Positions 1-9,114 of a stretch of DNA of 40,306 nucleotides are shown here, in pieces. Made by a program: the position numbers and the translations under genes. The notes under the pieces were generated by a model, which did no database searches, was not told where the DNA came from, and was given only the letters and a program-made list of their open reading frames with translations. The first letter of the stretch is position 1. Each line of letters begins with the position of its first letter. Origin of the DNA: Candidatus Limnocylindrales bacterium (GTDB taxonomy: Bacteria > Chloroflexota > Limnocylindria > Limnocylindrales > CSP1-4); contig JBBSCI010000003.1 in NCBI GenBank assembly GCA_038250445.1, positions 1 to 40,306 on the forward strand, written 5' to 3'.

Positions 1-219
1 GCCATCCAGCGCGGTCGAGATCTTGACCTTCGTACCGATCTCCAGACCAGCCCGCTCGAGCACATCGAGGTCCGGATCGCGGAAGATCAGCGAGAACGTG
101 TCGGGCATTGCAAGCCGGTCGACGACGAGGGCGCTCTCGAGCTGGCCTTCGACGTCGTCGGGCATCTCGGCACCGCCGATCTCGATCTTACGCTGCAGGG
201 CGGGGCTGTCGACGGCCAT
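1..219 (-). CDS. vgrG: VgrG-related spike hub protein of CIS, N-terminal fragment (runs off left edge)
   Basis: Not in the ORF track. Manual translation from ATG 219: MAVDSPALQRKIEIGGAEMPDDVEGQLESALVVDRLAMPDTFSLIFRDPDLDVLERAGLEIGTKVKIS... The 'VxDxxxxPDxFxLxFRDP' pattern resembles actinobacterial VgrG/late-control-D N-termini, and the gene lies directly after the LysM gene. Confidence 0.8.
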   Translation of the reverse strand, partial: MAVDSPALQRKIEIGGAEMPDDVEGQLESALVVDRLAMPDTFSLIFRDPDLDVLERAGLEIGTKVKISTALDG

Positions 220-228
220 CAATCGGTC

Positions 229-966
229 TCAGGAGCCGCGGGCCGCGTCGGCCACGCTGGGGATCATCAGGACGGTGCCAGGGGCGAGCCGCAATGGATC
301 GTCGATCCCGTTCAGCTCGGCGATGGCTCGCCAGTAGGTCGCTTGGCCGAGTTCGCCGAAGGCGACCGACTGAAGCGTGTCCCCCTCGACGGTCGTGTGC
401 GTCCGCCGGCTGTTCGTCGAATGCGACGTCGGGTTCGTGCCGTCCGCCTTCTCATGCTGACCCTCGAGCGAGATCCCGACGGTCGCCTGGACGGGCGTCC
501 CATCCTTGCGGAACACGGAGTACTTGACATCGACCTTGGTAAGGAATCCCTTGAAGGTCGAAAGCTGCGGGTTTCCGCCCCACTTGAACTGGATCAGCGG
601 CGCACATGCCTTTTTCTTGTCACTTGAGCTCTTCGTCGGTTTCGTCCAGCTGAGCAACGTCGTGATCTTGGGTGTCACGTCGCCCTTGGCCGATGCGTAG
701 TCGTCGAAGAAGAGCGACATCGACAAGGTCATTGGGGAGGCGCCGCCGTACTGAGGCGTGCCCCCGGGGGTCGCGGGTGTGGTGTTGTTGTTGACCACGG
801 CTGACTGACTGATGCTGTACTCAGTCGGGTTGAACATGCACTCGATCTCGAACGGGCCCTTGTCCGGCTTGTTGGGGCCGACGATCACGAGCTTGGCTTT
901 GTCGGGCTTGATGATCCCGAGGGCCTCGCCGATCGCGCTGGCCGCGGACCCAACAGCATCCATCAT
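229..966 (-). CDS. CIS tube-initiator protein with C-terminal LysM domain (Afp7/gpU-gpX-like)
   Basis: IECMFNPTEYS, L-F-F-DD, FKWG and 'HTTVEGDTLQSVAFGELGQATYWRAIAELNGIDDPLRLAPGTVLMIP' (LysM). Start moved to ATG 966 behind a GAGGA RBS that overlaps the upstream stop. Confidence 0.88.
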   Translation of the reverse strand: MMDAVGSAASAIGEALGIIKPDKAKLVIVGPNKPDKGPFEIECMFNPTEYSISQSAVVNNNTTPATPGGTPQYGGASPMTLSMSLFFDDYASAKGDVTPKITTLLSWTKPTKSSSDKKKACAPLIQFKWGGNPQLSTFKGFLTKVDVKYSVFRKDGTPVQATVGISLEGQHEKADGTNPTSHSTNSRRTHTTVEGDTLQSVAFGELGQATYWRAIAELNGIDDPLRLAPGTVLMIPSVADAARGS

Positions 967-973
967 CGCGTCC

Positions 974-1453
974 TCAGAACCCGACCGAGCCGGAGACGGT
1001 GATCGCGCCGGCGAGCGCCCCACCGAGCGCGCCGAAGCCGATGATCTCCTGGTAGATGACCTCGAGCGTCTCGGTCGCGATCGCGTTGCCCATGAGGTCG
1101 AGGGTCGGCCCTGTCCACTTGACGGGGATCACCCCAGCAAGATTCCAGGTCGTGATGTCCTCGGCGGCCGCGTTGAGCGCGGTGATCGCCATGGTCTGCG
1201 GGACCACCTTGATGGCAACGCTCTGGAGCCACATCGAGAGCCACTTCGAGTCGGAGTCGACGGGCCTGCTAAGGCGGAGCTTCGTGTACGTGCACGGGCC
1301 AACGAGCTGGTGCTCGTAGCCGTTGACGCCGCCCTCGCGATATGGCGTCACCTTGTATTCGAAGCCCAGGCCCTCGATCTTTGTAAAGAGCCCGAGCGGA
1401 ATGAAGCCGTCGATCGTGCACTTGTAGACGATGCTCAGCGCGGGGTCGCCCAT
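974..1453 (-). CDS. Second phage tail tube protein (T4 gp19-like, Afp5-like)
   Basis: 'FTKIEGLGFEYKVTPYREGGVNGYEHQLVG...LRLSR' and 'WNL..VIPVKWTGPTLD...IATETLEV' are gp19-type tube motifs. Confidence 0.92.
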   Translation of the reverse strand: MGDPALSIVYKCTIDGFIPLGLFTKIEGLGFEYKVTPYREGGVNGYEHQLVGPCTYTKLRLSRPVDSDSKWLSMWLQSVAIKVVPQTMAITALNAAAEDITTWNLAGVIPVKWTGPTLDLMGNAIATETLEVIYQEIIGFGALGGALAGAITVSGSVGF

Positions 1454-1462
1454 CGATTCTCC

Positions 1463-3451
1463 TCAGGACTGGTCGAACGTGAGGCCCTTGGCCTCGCGCT
1501 CGTAGATGTACTCGTTGCGAAGATGGGTTCGTAGGCGGCCGAAGAGGGACCTCGCGAGCTGGTCGAGCTCATCGTCCGAGTGCTCTGACCCGCCCCTGGT
1601 TTCAGGGGCCGGCGGCGGCGTGTTATCGATCCGCTGGACGACCGGTGTTGCGGTAGGACCGAACACCGGACCCTGGACCATCCCGACCGCCAACGGCGAG
1701 GTCTGGACGCTGGGCGCGGGGACTTCCGAGACGATGGAGCGGGCGATTGACGGCGTGGCGGTCGCCTCCTGCCACGGGGCGGCTTGGGCGGCCGGTACTG
1801 CGGGTCGGACGAGAGTCATTGGGGCAGCTGCGCCTTCGGATCGCCGCGGCGTGCCGGAGGAACCCCACGCAGGGCTCCGGTCTGTTCTGGAAGCAGTTGG
1901 AAAATGAAGGGCTCCGGACGCCTGGCGCTGGACCGCCGGACCGGTGTCTCCACCGACGGTCGGCATCGGACGCTCCCAGCCGCCGGCGAGCGTCCAGATC
2001 GCGCCGCTCGATGCCTCGGGTGACGCCCCGCCGAACGCTGAGGGAGTCGTCTGTGCGCTCGCAGGTGTCGCGGATGCACCGACTGGGGCCGTGGAGGCGC
2101 CGCCGATCGAGGCCTGGCGCTGGACGGCACCGATCGGACCGATCGGCTGGCTGCCGACGAGCGGCCGTCGCTGGGGACGCGGCGCGGGCAATGCCGGGGA
2201 TTCGGTCGTGACTGTGCGCGCCACCGTAACCGCGAGGCGAGCCGAGGCGCCTGAGCCGGCGCCGGTCGGGATCGAGGCGGGCGCGCTCGACGGCACGGCT
2301 GACGTGTTGGCCGGCGATCGCTCCGGGCCATCGGAGGGCGTCGGCGTCGGCCGACCGACGACCGGAAGGACCGGCAGGGTCGGAGTGGGACTCGGAACCG
2401 CCGACAGGGACGGGCGGGCTGGCGCGAGATCGGGCCCATCGGATGAGTCCGCGGTGGCAGGCGCCGGCTCCGCCACGGCGGGTCGCTGCCCGCTGATCCG
2501 GCGCTGGATCGTCGTTCGCAACGGAACGGCCCCGGCCGTCGGGCTCGTGGCGGTCGGGCTGCCGGGGGCGCTGGTCGACGGATGTGAGCCTGCCGGGTCG
2601 CCGACAGTCGGCGTAGTGGCCGCTAGCCGCGCAACCGCGAGCCCGGGAAGGGGACGAGCGTCGGCCAGGACGGCAGTGCTCGGCGCCGTCGGCAGCGGCA
2701 CGCCGAGGCCGGCACGCCGAGCGGCCGGCGGCGGGGTCACTGTTCCAGCTTCGGTCACCGCGGCGGATTCGGCATGGCGACCGGTCGATGTCACGTCCGG
2801 CCGGGGCGACGTCGCCGTGGGCGCAGCCGCCTGGGATGTCTGGACCTGCGTTCGGCGGCCGGCGAGCGGCGCATCGGCGCGACTCGTCGGGCCCGCAGGC
2901 AATTCGGCGTGAGTCAACGAATGCGCGGGCGGGCGGGCGGCCGCGTCCGGCTTCACGACGCCGAGCTGGCGGGCCGGTGGCTCGACGGGAACACTGGCCG
3001 AGGGTGCCATGGTCTGGGGTGCCGGCGCGGGCGTGGGGGCGTCCGCGGCGGCGGTCGGGGCAGGCGACTCGGACATGGCCTCGACGGTCGCCCCATCGGG
3101 CCGGCGCTGGACCGGCGGAGGCACGAGCGCAGCGTTCGAGGTCAGCGACGCAACGGTGTGGACCGGGGCTCCAACGAGCCCCGCCGGAGCGACCCGCGTC
3201 ACGTCGTGGCCGAGTGGCTCGACGATCGGCGGCAGGGGATGGACGCCCGGCACGGCCTCGAAGAACGTCTCCGACGAGGCGACGAGCGGGGCCGCTCCGA
3301 CCGCCCGCTGGATCGGCGGCAGCGTCGCCCAGGCGCCCGTCGACGCGGGGGGTGACGGGGCCGCGGCGGGCACGGGTGCCCCCGACTCAGGTTTCGTGTC
3401 GGCCGGCGCCGCCGTCGAGCGGCCGAACGGCCACGGCAGGCGCACCTTCAC
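1463..3451 (-). CDS. Long Pro/Ala/Thr-rich, largely disordered CIS protein in the tape-measure position
   Basis: 662 aa low-complexity ORF, GTGA-coupled to DUF6760. C-terminal helix 'DELDQLARSLFGRLRTHLRNEYIYEREAKG' resembles the C-terminal motif of actinobacterial CIS proteins in this slot; multiple VQR/IQR motifs. Confidence 0.7.
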   Translation of the reverse strand: MKVRLPWPFGRSTAAPADTKPESGAPVPAAAPSPPASTGAWATLPPIQRAVGAAPLVASSETFFEAVPGVHPLPPIVEPLGHDVTRVAPAGLVGAPVHTVASLTSNAALVPPPVQRRPDGATVEAMSESPAPTAAADAPTPAPAPQTMAPSASVPVEPPARQLGVVKPDAAARPPAHSLTHAELPAGPTSRADAPLAGRRTQVQTSQAAAPTATSPRPDVTSTGRHAESAAVTEAGTVTPPPAARRAGLGVPLPTAPSTAVLADARPLPGLAVARLAATTPTVGDPAGSHPSTSAPGSPTATSPTAGAVPLRTTIQRRISGQRPAVAEPAPATADSSDGPDLAPARPSLSAVPSPTPTLPVLPVVGRPTPTPSDGPERSPANTSAVPSSAPASIPTGAGSGASARLAVTVARTVTTESPALPAPRPQRRPLVGSQPIGPIGAVQRQASIGGASTAPVGASATPASAQTTPSAFGGASPEASSGAIWTLAGGWERPMPTVGGDTGPAVQRQASGALHFPTASRTDRSPAWGSSGTPRRSEGAAAPMTLVRPAVPAAQAAPWQEATATPSIARSIVSEVPAPSVQTSPLAVGMVQGPVFGPTATPVVQRIDNTPPPAPETRGGSEHSDDELDQLARSLFGRLRTHLRNEYIYEREAKGLTFDQS

Positions 3452-3606
3452 GTCTCCTCAGAAATCCGCTTGTTGATCCGGCCGATCTCTTCGACGAATC
3501 GGAGCCGGAGTGGATGCTCGAGGTCGAGGATCGAGTCCATCGGCCAGTGGAAGTGATAGGCGACGTACGCAACTTCTTCGAAGAGACGGTCCGTCGCGTA
3601 CGTCAC
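3448..3606 (-). CDS. DUF6760 family small protein (gpE'/gpT-like tail chaperone C-terminal part)
   Basis: Not in the ORF track. GTG 3606: MTYATDRLFEEVAYVAYHFHWPMDSILDLEHPLRLRFVEEIGRINKRISEET; GTGA overlaps with both neighbours. Confidence 0.85.
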   Translation of the reverse strand: MTYATDRLFEEVAYVAYHFHWPMDSILDLEHPLRLRFVEEIGRINKRISEET

Positions 3607-4034
3607 GATTCCCCCAGGCGCTGCTCACCCGCCACATCCACCGTGAACCCGTGGTTGCAGGCCGGACAGGTCACGGACGCCTGGGTGTGGCCCTCCTGGT
3701 TGATCCGGCGATAGAGGTCCTGGAGGAAGGCGAGGTCGGAGGCGAACAGGCCCTCGATGACGCCGGTGTGGACCTGGCCGAGCGCACCCAGACGGGTGAC
3801 GACGCGGGACAGGAGCAGGACCGTGAGGTACGCCTCGTTTTCCCGAACTCGAGGATCCCGCTGGGGGATGATCTCGTCGCGCGCGGTCGCAAGCCGCATG
3901 ACACCGTCTCGATGGACCACTCCGGTGCCATCGACATAGCCGCGCGGGAGGACGAATGCGTACTCCGTGTGGAGCGCTTCCGCGCCCCCCGCGCTGCTGA
4001 ACTCGAGGGCCTCCGGACGAGTCGCGAGGGTCAT
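3603..4034 (-). CDS. Tail assembly chaperone-like protein with C-terminal CxxC (CPACNH)
   Basis: 'FVLPRGYVD..G.VHRDGVMRLATARDEI...DPRVRENEAYL...LLSRV...LFASDLAFLQDLYRRIN' is the conserved eCIS protein found after the tube gene. Confidence 0.8.
   Translation of the reverse strand: MTLATRPEALEFSSAGGAEALHTEYAFVLPRGYVDGTGVVHRDGVMRLATARDEIIPQRDPRVRENEAYLTVLLLSRVVTRLGALGQVHTGVIEGLFASDLAFLQDLYRRINQEGHTQASVTCPACNHGFTVDVAGEQRLGES
3609..3615 (-). other. Candidate -1 ribosomal frameshift slippery heptamer G-GGG-GAA
   Basis: Minus strand reads CTG GGG GAA TCG TGA; a -1 slip gives GGA ATC GTG ACG TAC, the DUF6760 frame. Confidence 0.6.
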
Positions 4035-4041
4035 GGTCCGC

Positions 4042-4476
4042 TCAGCCCTTGACCAGCGTCTCGCACGACAGCGTGGCTTCTTCGATCTGCACGCCGCTGG
4101 CGGTCGCGCCGCCCTCGGACAGGCTGATCTTCGAGACCATCGCGTTCGTGAAGTTGTAGCGGAGAACTTCTTCGCCGACGGTGTTCATGAGGATCGCCGA
4201 GCCGTTTCGCCGGTCTGGCGTGCCCTGCATGACGGCGGTGTGCCAGTCCCACAGCTCGGTCGCGCCCGTAAGGCCGCGCTTGAGCGTGATCGTCGGCGTC
4301 TTCGGCTTGCCCGGCAATTTCGCGATGTAGATCTTGCCTTGCTCGTTGACGTACGGGTTGTCGACGATCTCGACTTCGCTCGACACGCCGGACACGGACG
4401 TGAAGTTCGCGACGACGCCGAGGCCGTCGATGTCGAGCAGTACGTTTCCTTGGAGCAGGGGATCGGTTGTCGGCAT
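4042..4476 (-). CDS. Major phage tail tube protein (T4 gp19-like, Afp1-like)
   Basis: 'FTSVSGVSSEVEIV...KLPGKPK..TITLKRGLT...LWDW...RRNGS...RYNFTNA'; directly follows the sheath gene. Confidence 0.93.
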   Translation of the reverse strand: MPTTDPLLQGNVLLDIDGLGVVANFTSVSGVSSEVEIVDNPYVNEQGKIYIAKLPGKPKTPTITLKRGLTGATELWDWHTAVMQGTPDRRNGSAILMNTVGEEVLRYNFTNAMVSKISLSEGGATASGVQIEEATLSCETLVKG

Positions 4477-4529
4477 GTGGAACTCCCTTCGACCAGGCGG
4501 TCAGTCAGTTGTATCGACGGCGACCCAGG

Positions 4530-6056
4530 TCACTCTTCGACGGTCGCGCCGCCGGAGAACTGAGCGATACGGAAGACGACGAACTCGGCCGGTTTGACCG
4601 GCGCGATTCCGATATCGACGATGAGCTGGCCCGCGTCACGCGTCTCCGGCGGGTTGTTCTCCGCATCGCACTTGACGAAGAACGCCTGGTCGGGCGTCGC
4701 CCCGAACAACGCACCATCGCGCCAGACGCGAAGCAGGAACGAATTGATCGTTCGCTTGACGCGGCCCCACAGCCGGATGTCATTCGGCTCGAAGACAACC
4801 CATTGGGTGCCCTCGAAGACGGACTCCTCGACGAAGTTGAACAGCCGCCGGACGTTGAGGTAGCGCCAGGCCGGATCGCTTGACAGCGTCCGCGCGCCCC
4901 ATACCCGGATCCCGCGGCCGGGGAATGCCCGGATGCAGTTGATCCCGGACGGGTTGAGCTGGTCGTGCTCGCCCTTGGTCAGGTTGAGCTCGAGCGAGAT
5001 CGCGCCGCGGATCACCTCGTTGGCCGGCGCCTTGTGGACGCCCCGTGTGTCGTCGTTGCGGGCCCAGATGCCGGCGACATGGCCGCTCGGCGGCACGTGT
5101 ACGGCCTGGCCGGCGAGCGGATCGAAGACCTTGACCCATGGCCAGTAGAGCGTCGCGTACTTCGAGTCGTAGCCGGCCTTGTCGACCCGCCATTCTTTGA
5201 TCTGCTGGGCGTTGAGGCCGGGTGGTGCGTCGAGAATCGCGACACGATCACCCATGAGCTCGCAGTGGGCGATCATCGCGAGCTGGACGGCCTGGAGGCC
5301 CTCGAGGTCGATGTTGCCCTGCTGATAGACGGCCATGAGGTCGGGGACGCTGAGCATCGTGACCTCGTCGACGGCTTCGAGCCCGGCGAAGCCCGTCCGA
5401 TCGGCGGAGTTGCCGACGTAGTCGTCCGGGGTGACGCGGACAGGCACGGTCGTCCCGCCGCCGGCGAGGCTGACGCTGCCGGCCGCCGGGACGCGGTCGA
5501 CGGCGCTCGCGCTGCCGACTTCCTCGAGCTGGATGAGCTTCGACTGCGCCTTGACCTGGGTGACGACGTTGTTCTTGCCCTTGTTGGACGTCAGGTTGTC
5601 GAAGGTCTCGACGGGCCGGCCGCCCTGGTTGACGATGATCTTGAACGTGTTCTCGGCGGTCTCCGAGGATGGCGCGACCTCGACGGAGATGTCATTGCCG
5701 CCCGGTCCGGCCTCGATCGCCGACACGCGGTAGGTCGGGCTGTCCTTCTCCTTTGAGCTCGTCAGCTGGCCGGTGGCCGTCGGCATCGCGCCGTCGGCGC
5801 CGATTCGGACGACGTAGGCCGCGCCTCCGCCATTGAGGAAGTAGCCGTAGACGGCGTGGGCGAGGTACGAGCCCTCGATGAAGTCGCCGAACGTCTGGGT
5901 GAACTGGCTCCAGTTCGTAACCAGGGTCGGCGCATTGGCCGGCCCGCGCGCAGCGAGGCCGACGAACGCGGCTACGGCCGTGCCAACGCCCTCGATCGGG
6001 CGAGAACCGGCCTCCACCTCCTCGACATAGACGCCCGGTGATAGGTATTGCGGCAT
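4530..6056 (-). CDS. Contractile tail sheath protein
   Basis: Starts MPQYLSPGVYVEEV; PPSGHVAGIWARND..RGVHKAPANE; GIRVWGARTLS..WRYLNVRRLF; WVVFEPND; IGIAPVKPAEFVVFRI. Confidence 0.97.
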   Translation of the reverse strand: MPQYLSPGVYVEEVEAGSRPIEGVGTAVAAFVGLAARGPANAPTLVTNWSQFTQTFGDFIEGSYLAHAVYGYFLNGGGAAYVVRIGADGAMPTATGQLTSSKEKDSPTYRVSAIEAGPGGNDISVEVAPSSETAENTFKIIVNQGGRPVETFDNLTSNKGKNNVVTQVKAQSKLIQLEEVGSASAVDRVPAAGSVSLAGGGTTVPVRVTPDDYVGNSADRTGFAGLEAVDEVTMLSVPDLMAVYQQGNIDLEGLQAVQLAMIAHCELMGDRVAILDAPPGLNAQQIKEWRVDKAGYDSKYATLYWPWVKVFDPLAGQAVHVPPSGHVAGIWARNDDTRGVHKAPANEVIRGAISLELNLTKGEHDQLNPSGINCIRAFPGRGIRVWGARTLSSDPAWRYLNVRRLFNFVEESVFEGTQWVVFEPNDIRLWGRVKRTINSFLLRVWRDGALFGATPDQAFFVKCDAENNPPETRDAGQLIVDIGIAPVKPAEFVVFRIAQFSGGATVEE

Positions 6057-6124
6057 GCGGGGCCCCTTCACTGCGGAAGACTTCCGGATATGCCGACGCT
6101 CCCACCGCAAGGGTCGCTCCACAA

Positions 6125-6193
6125 GGCCCGACAGGACACCCGGTCGGGCGGCCGTGTTGCACGAAAGGGCGAGCCGACCTGCCCTGACGGCTG
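6125..6193. promoter_or_regulatory. Divergent promoter with phased imperfect TGCCC-N4-GGGCA boxes
   Basis: CACCC-GGTC-GGGCG (6137), TGCAC-GAAA-GGGCG (6158), TGCCC-TGAC-GGCTG (6180) at 21-22 bp spacing; also GGCCC-GACA-GGACA (6125). Confidence 0.5.
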
Positions 6194-6241
6194 CCCCGCG
6201 GCGGCTGGTCGCAGGGCGCCCCCGACCCGACGATCGGTCGG

Positions 6242-6958
6242 ATGATCCACGATGTCGATCAACTCCTGGAGGAGATGGTTCGGCGCGACGCGCTGAACGG
6301 GTCAGCGGTCGAGCTCGACTTCGAAGCGCCGACGAAGGATTGGGTGGCCCGCCGCAGCGGGCCGGCCGTCGACCTGTACCTCTACGACATCCGCGAGGAC
6401 CTGGAGCGGCGGGTGCCCGCCTGGGAGGACGTCAAGGGCGGCGACGGCAAGGTGAAGGACCGCCGCCTGCCGCCACGGCGCTTCCGGCTTGCGTATCTCG
6501 TCACGGCCTGGACCCAGCGGCCGGAGGACGAGCACCGCCTCCTATCGGCGCTCCTCTCCTGCTTCATCAGGAACGCGATGCTGAAGCCGGATGAGCTCAG
6601 CGGCACCCTCGCCGAGGCTGACCTGCCGATCTACATCGACGTCGCCCAGCCGCCATCGCAGGACCGCTCGCTGGCCGACGTCTGGTCGGCCCTGGGCGGC
6701 GAGCTCAAGCCGTCGCTAGATGTCGTCGTGACCGCTCCCATGGTCGTCTCGCGCAGTGCGCCATTCGGGCCTCCGGTCCTGCTCGGGCCGATTCTCGGGC
6801 TCGCCTCGACCGACGGGGCGGAGGAGTCCGTCAGCGGCGGCCGATACGACAAGCGCCCGGCCATGCCCCCGGAGCCACTGCCCGAGGAGACCGTCCCGCC
6901 AGGCGCCGAGGACAAGCCCGGCGTCAAGCTTCGAGTCCGCGGCCTCCGGACCGGATGA
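6242..6958 (+). CDS. DUF4255 / Pvc16-Afp16-like tail terminator (cap) protein
   Basis: 'FEAPTKDW...VDLYLYDIREDL.RR...RLAYLVTAW...EDEHRLLS...WSALGGELKPSLDVVVT'. Confidence 0.92.
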   Translation: MIHDVDQLLEEMVRRDALNGSAVELDFEAPTKDWVARRSGPAVDLYLYDIREDLERRVPAWEDVKGGDGKVKDRRLPPRRFRLAYLVTAWTQRPEDEHRLLSALLSCFIRNAMLKPDELSGTLAEADLPIYIDVAQPPSQDRSLADVWSALGGELKPSLDVVVTAPMVVSRSAPFGPPVLLGPILGLASTDGAEESVSGGRYDKRPAMPPEPLPEETVPPGAEDKPGVKLRVRGLRTG

Positions 6959-9072
6959 GCGCGACGGCGCCGGCCGGGACCGAGCGGACGGAGCCAACCC
7001 CGGCGGAACCGTCCCTCAGCCATCTCTTTGCCCGGCTCGAGATCGTCGAGGCCCGCGTCCGTGCCGCGGTCGAGCGGCGGCGGGCGGACGACCCGGACCC
7101 GAACGACCGTTATCGAGGCCTCTACATCTCCGACGCCCAGGTCGACGGTCTGCTCGCCGGTGGAACGGGGCAGTGGGTGCCGGAACCCGTCGGGGAAGAA
7201 GCGTCGCGGTCGCTGGTGCGGCTCGAGGACGCGGCGGACGCCGCCGAGGCCGCCGGCGCCGATCTGCGCCTTCGCCGTCTGGCCCGCGCGTTCGCTCTCG
7301 ACGACTACGACGTCGAACTGCTGCTGATCGCCCTCGCCCCGGATCTCGATCCGAGGTTCGAGCGGCTGTACGGCTATCTCCATGACGACGTCTCGCGTCG
7401 CCGAGCAAGCGCCGGCCTCGCGCTCGAGCTGTGCGGTACCGGATCGAGCCCGGGCGCGAGTCGCGGCCGCGTCCGTCTCGGCACGCGGGGCCCGCTCGTC
7501 GCCGGCGGCCTCCTGATCGTCGAGGACGCGGACCGTCCGTTCCTGACCCGCTCGCTGCGCGTCCCCGACCGGGTCGCCGCCCACCTGCTCGGGGACGACA
7601 CCGCGGATGCCGCAGTCCAGCCGCTGCTCGTCGACTCGGTCGCATCCGAAATCGGCGACGTCGAGATGCTCGCCCGGGCGATCGACGCAGCGGTTCCGCT
7701 CGTCTACATCCGCGAACGTTCCGGCGCGTCCGGCCACTCGCTCGCTCGCGCCGCGCTTGCCCGTCTCGGGCGACCGGCGGTCGAGCTCGATCTCGGCCGA
7801 CTCGGGCCGTCCGACGATCCCAGGGCGATCGCCGAGGCATCGTCGCGCGAGGCAGGTCTCCTGGGCGCGGGCCTCATCGTCGGCCCGATCGAGGTCCTCG
7901 TCGAGCGTGGCGCCGGGGCGGTTCGAGCCTTCGCCGAATCACGGCCCGGTACGGTGCTCGTCGGAAACCGGGCGTGGGACCCGAACTGGTCGCTCGAGCC
8001 GCCCCTCCTCCTCGACGCTCCCGTCGCGACCGTCGGCCAGCGCCACGAGCTGTGGCTTGCCTCACTGGGGGAGGGACCGGAGGTCGGGTTCGATCCGGCG
8101 ATCGTTACCGTCGCTTTCCGCCTGGCGCCCGAACAGATCAAGCGGGCGGCCCAGGCTGCCCATCGGGCCTCGATCGCGGCCCGGCGGCAGATGACGGTCG
8201 AGGACATCTCCGCCGGAGCCCGCGCCCAGAACGCGGCGGGCCTCGAGCGCCTCGCCCGGCGGATCGAGCCCGTCGTGGGTTGGGCGGATCTCGTTCTGCC
8301 GCCGGTCGTCGAGGGCCAGCTAAGGGAGCTGACGGCCCGTGCCCGCCACCGCGAGAAGGTGGTCGGCGAGTGGGGGATGGGCCACCGCAGCCCGCGAGCC
8401 CTCGGCATCACAGGCCTGTTCGCCGGCGACTCCGGCACCGGCAAGACGATGTCCGCCGAGGTCGTCGCCCGCGACCTCGACTTCGACCTGTACGTGATCG
8501 ACCTCTCGACGGTCGTCGACAAGTACATCGGCGAGACCGAGAAGAACCTCGATCGGATCTTCACCGAGGCGGACCGGGTCAACGGCGTCCTGCTGTTCGA
8601 CGAGGCCGACGCCCTGTTCGGCAAGCGGTCGGAGGTCAAGGACGCCCGCGACCGGTATGCCAACGTGGAGGTGGCGTATCTCCTCCAGCGCATGGAGTCG
8701 TTCGACGGCGTCGCGATCCTCACGACCAACCTCCGGACGAACGTCGACGACGCGTTCACGCGCCGGCTCGACGCGATCGTCGACTTCCCGATGCCCGAGG
8801 AGGACGATCGCAGGCGCCTGTGGGAGGCGAACCTGCCGCCGTCGGTGCCGCGCGAGGACGGGATCGATCTCGAGTTCCTCGCCCGTCGGTTCAAGGTCTC
8901 CGGCGGCAACATCCGCAACATCTGTGTCACGGCGGCCTACCTGGCGGCGGCGGACGGTCGCCTGGTCTCCATGCCGGACCTGATCCGGGCGACGGAGCGG
9001 GAGTATCGGAAGCTCGGTCGCCTGACGGTCGAGGCCGAGTTCGGCGAGTACTTCGACCTCGTCGCGAGCTGA
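6955..9072 (+). CDS. CIS-associated AAA+ ATPase (Afp15/Pvc15-like)
   Basis: Walker A GDSGTGKT, 'VVDKYIGETEKNL', Walker B LLFDEAD, 'LFGKRSEVKDARDRYANVEVAYLLQRME'; N-terminal 'LAPDLDPRFERLYGYLHDD'; ATGA-coupled to DUF4255. Confidence 0.95.
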   Translation: MSATAPAGTERTEPTPAEPSLSHLFARLEIVEARVRAAVERRRADDPDPNDRYRGLYISDAQVDGLLAGGTGQWVPEPVGEEASRSLVRLEDAADAAEAAGADLRLRRLARAFALDDYDVELLLIALAPDLDPRFERLYGYLHDDVSRRRASAGLALELCGTGSSPGASRGRVRLGTRGPLVAGGLLIVEDADRPFLTRSLRVPDRVAAHLLGDDTADAAVQPLLVDSVASEIGDVEMLARAIDAAVPLVYIRERSGASGHSLARAALARLGRPAVELDLGRLGPSDDPRAIAEASSREAGLLGAGLIVGPIEVLVERGAGAVRAFAESRPGTVLVGNRAWDPNWSLEPPLLLDAPVATVGQRHELWLASLGEGPEVGFDPAIVTVAFRLAPEQIKRAAQAAHRASIAARRQMTVEDISAGARAQNAAGLERLARRIEPVVGWADLVLPPVVEGQLRELTARARHREKVVGEWGMGHRSPRALGITGLFAGDSGTGKTMSAEVVARDLDFDLYVIDLSTVVDKYIGETEKNLDRIFTEADRVNGVLLFDEADALFGKRSEVKDARDRYANVEVAYLLQRMESFDGVAILTTNLRTNVDDAFTRRLDAIVDFPMPEEDDRRRLWEANLPPSVPREDGIDLEFLARRFKVSGGNIRNICVTAAYLAAADGRLVSMPDLIRATEREYRKLGRLTVEAEFGEYFDLVAS

Positions 9073-9100
9073 GCGGGCCGCCACCGGGTCGGCCGAGGGG

Positions 9101-9114
9101 TGCCCAATTGGGCA
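9101..9114. promoter_or_regulatory. Perfect 14-bp palindrome TGCCCAATTGGGCA upstream of DUF4157 gene
   Basis: Exact inverted repeat in the 125-bp intergenic gap; related boxes at 6137-6193 and 12467-12501. Confidence 0.6.

Noticed and set aside
1-9072. Prophage or canonical T6SS
   Set aside because: No capsid, portal, terminase or integrase genes and no TssJLM/ClpV/TssBC; DUF4255, Afp15-type ATPase and gp19 tubes indicate CIS.
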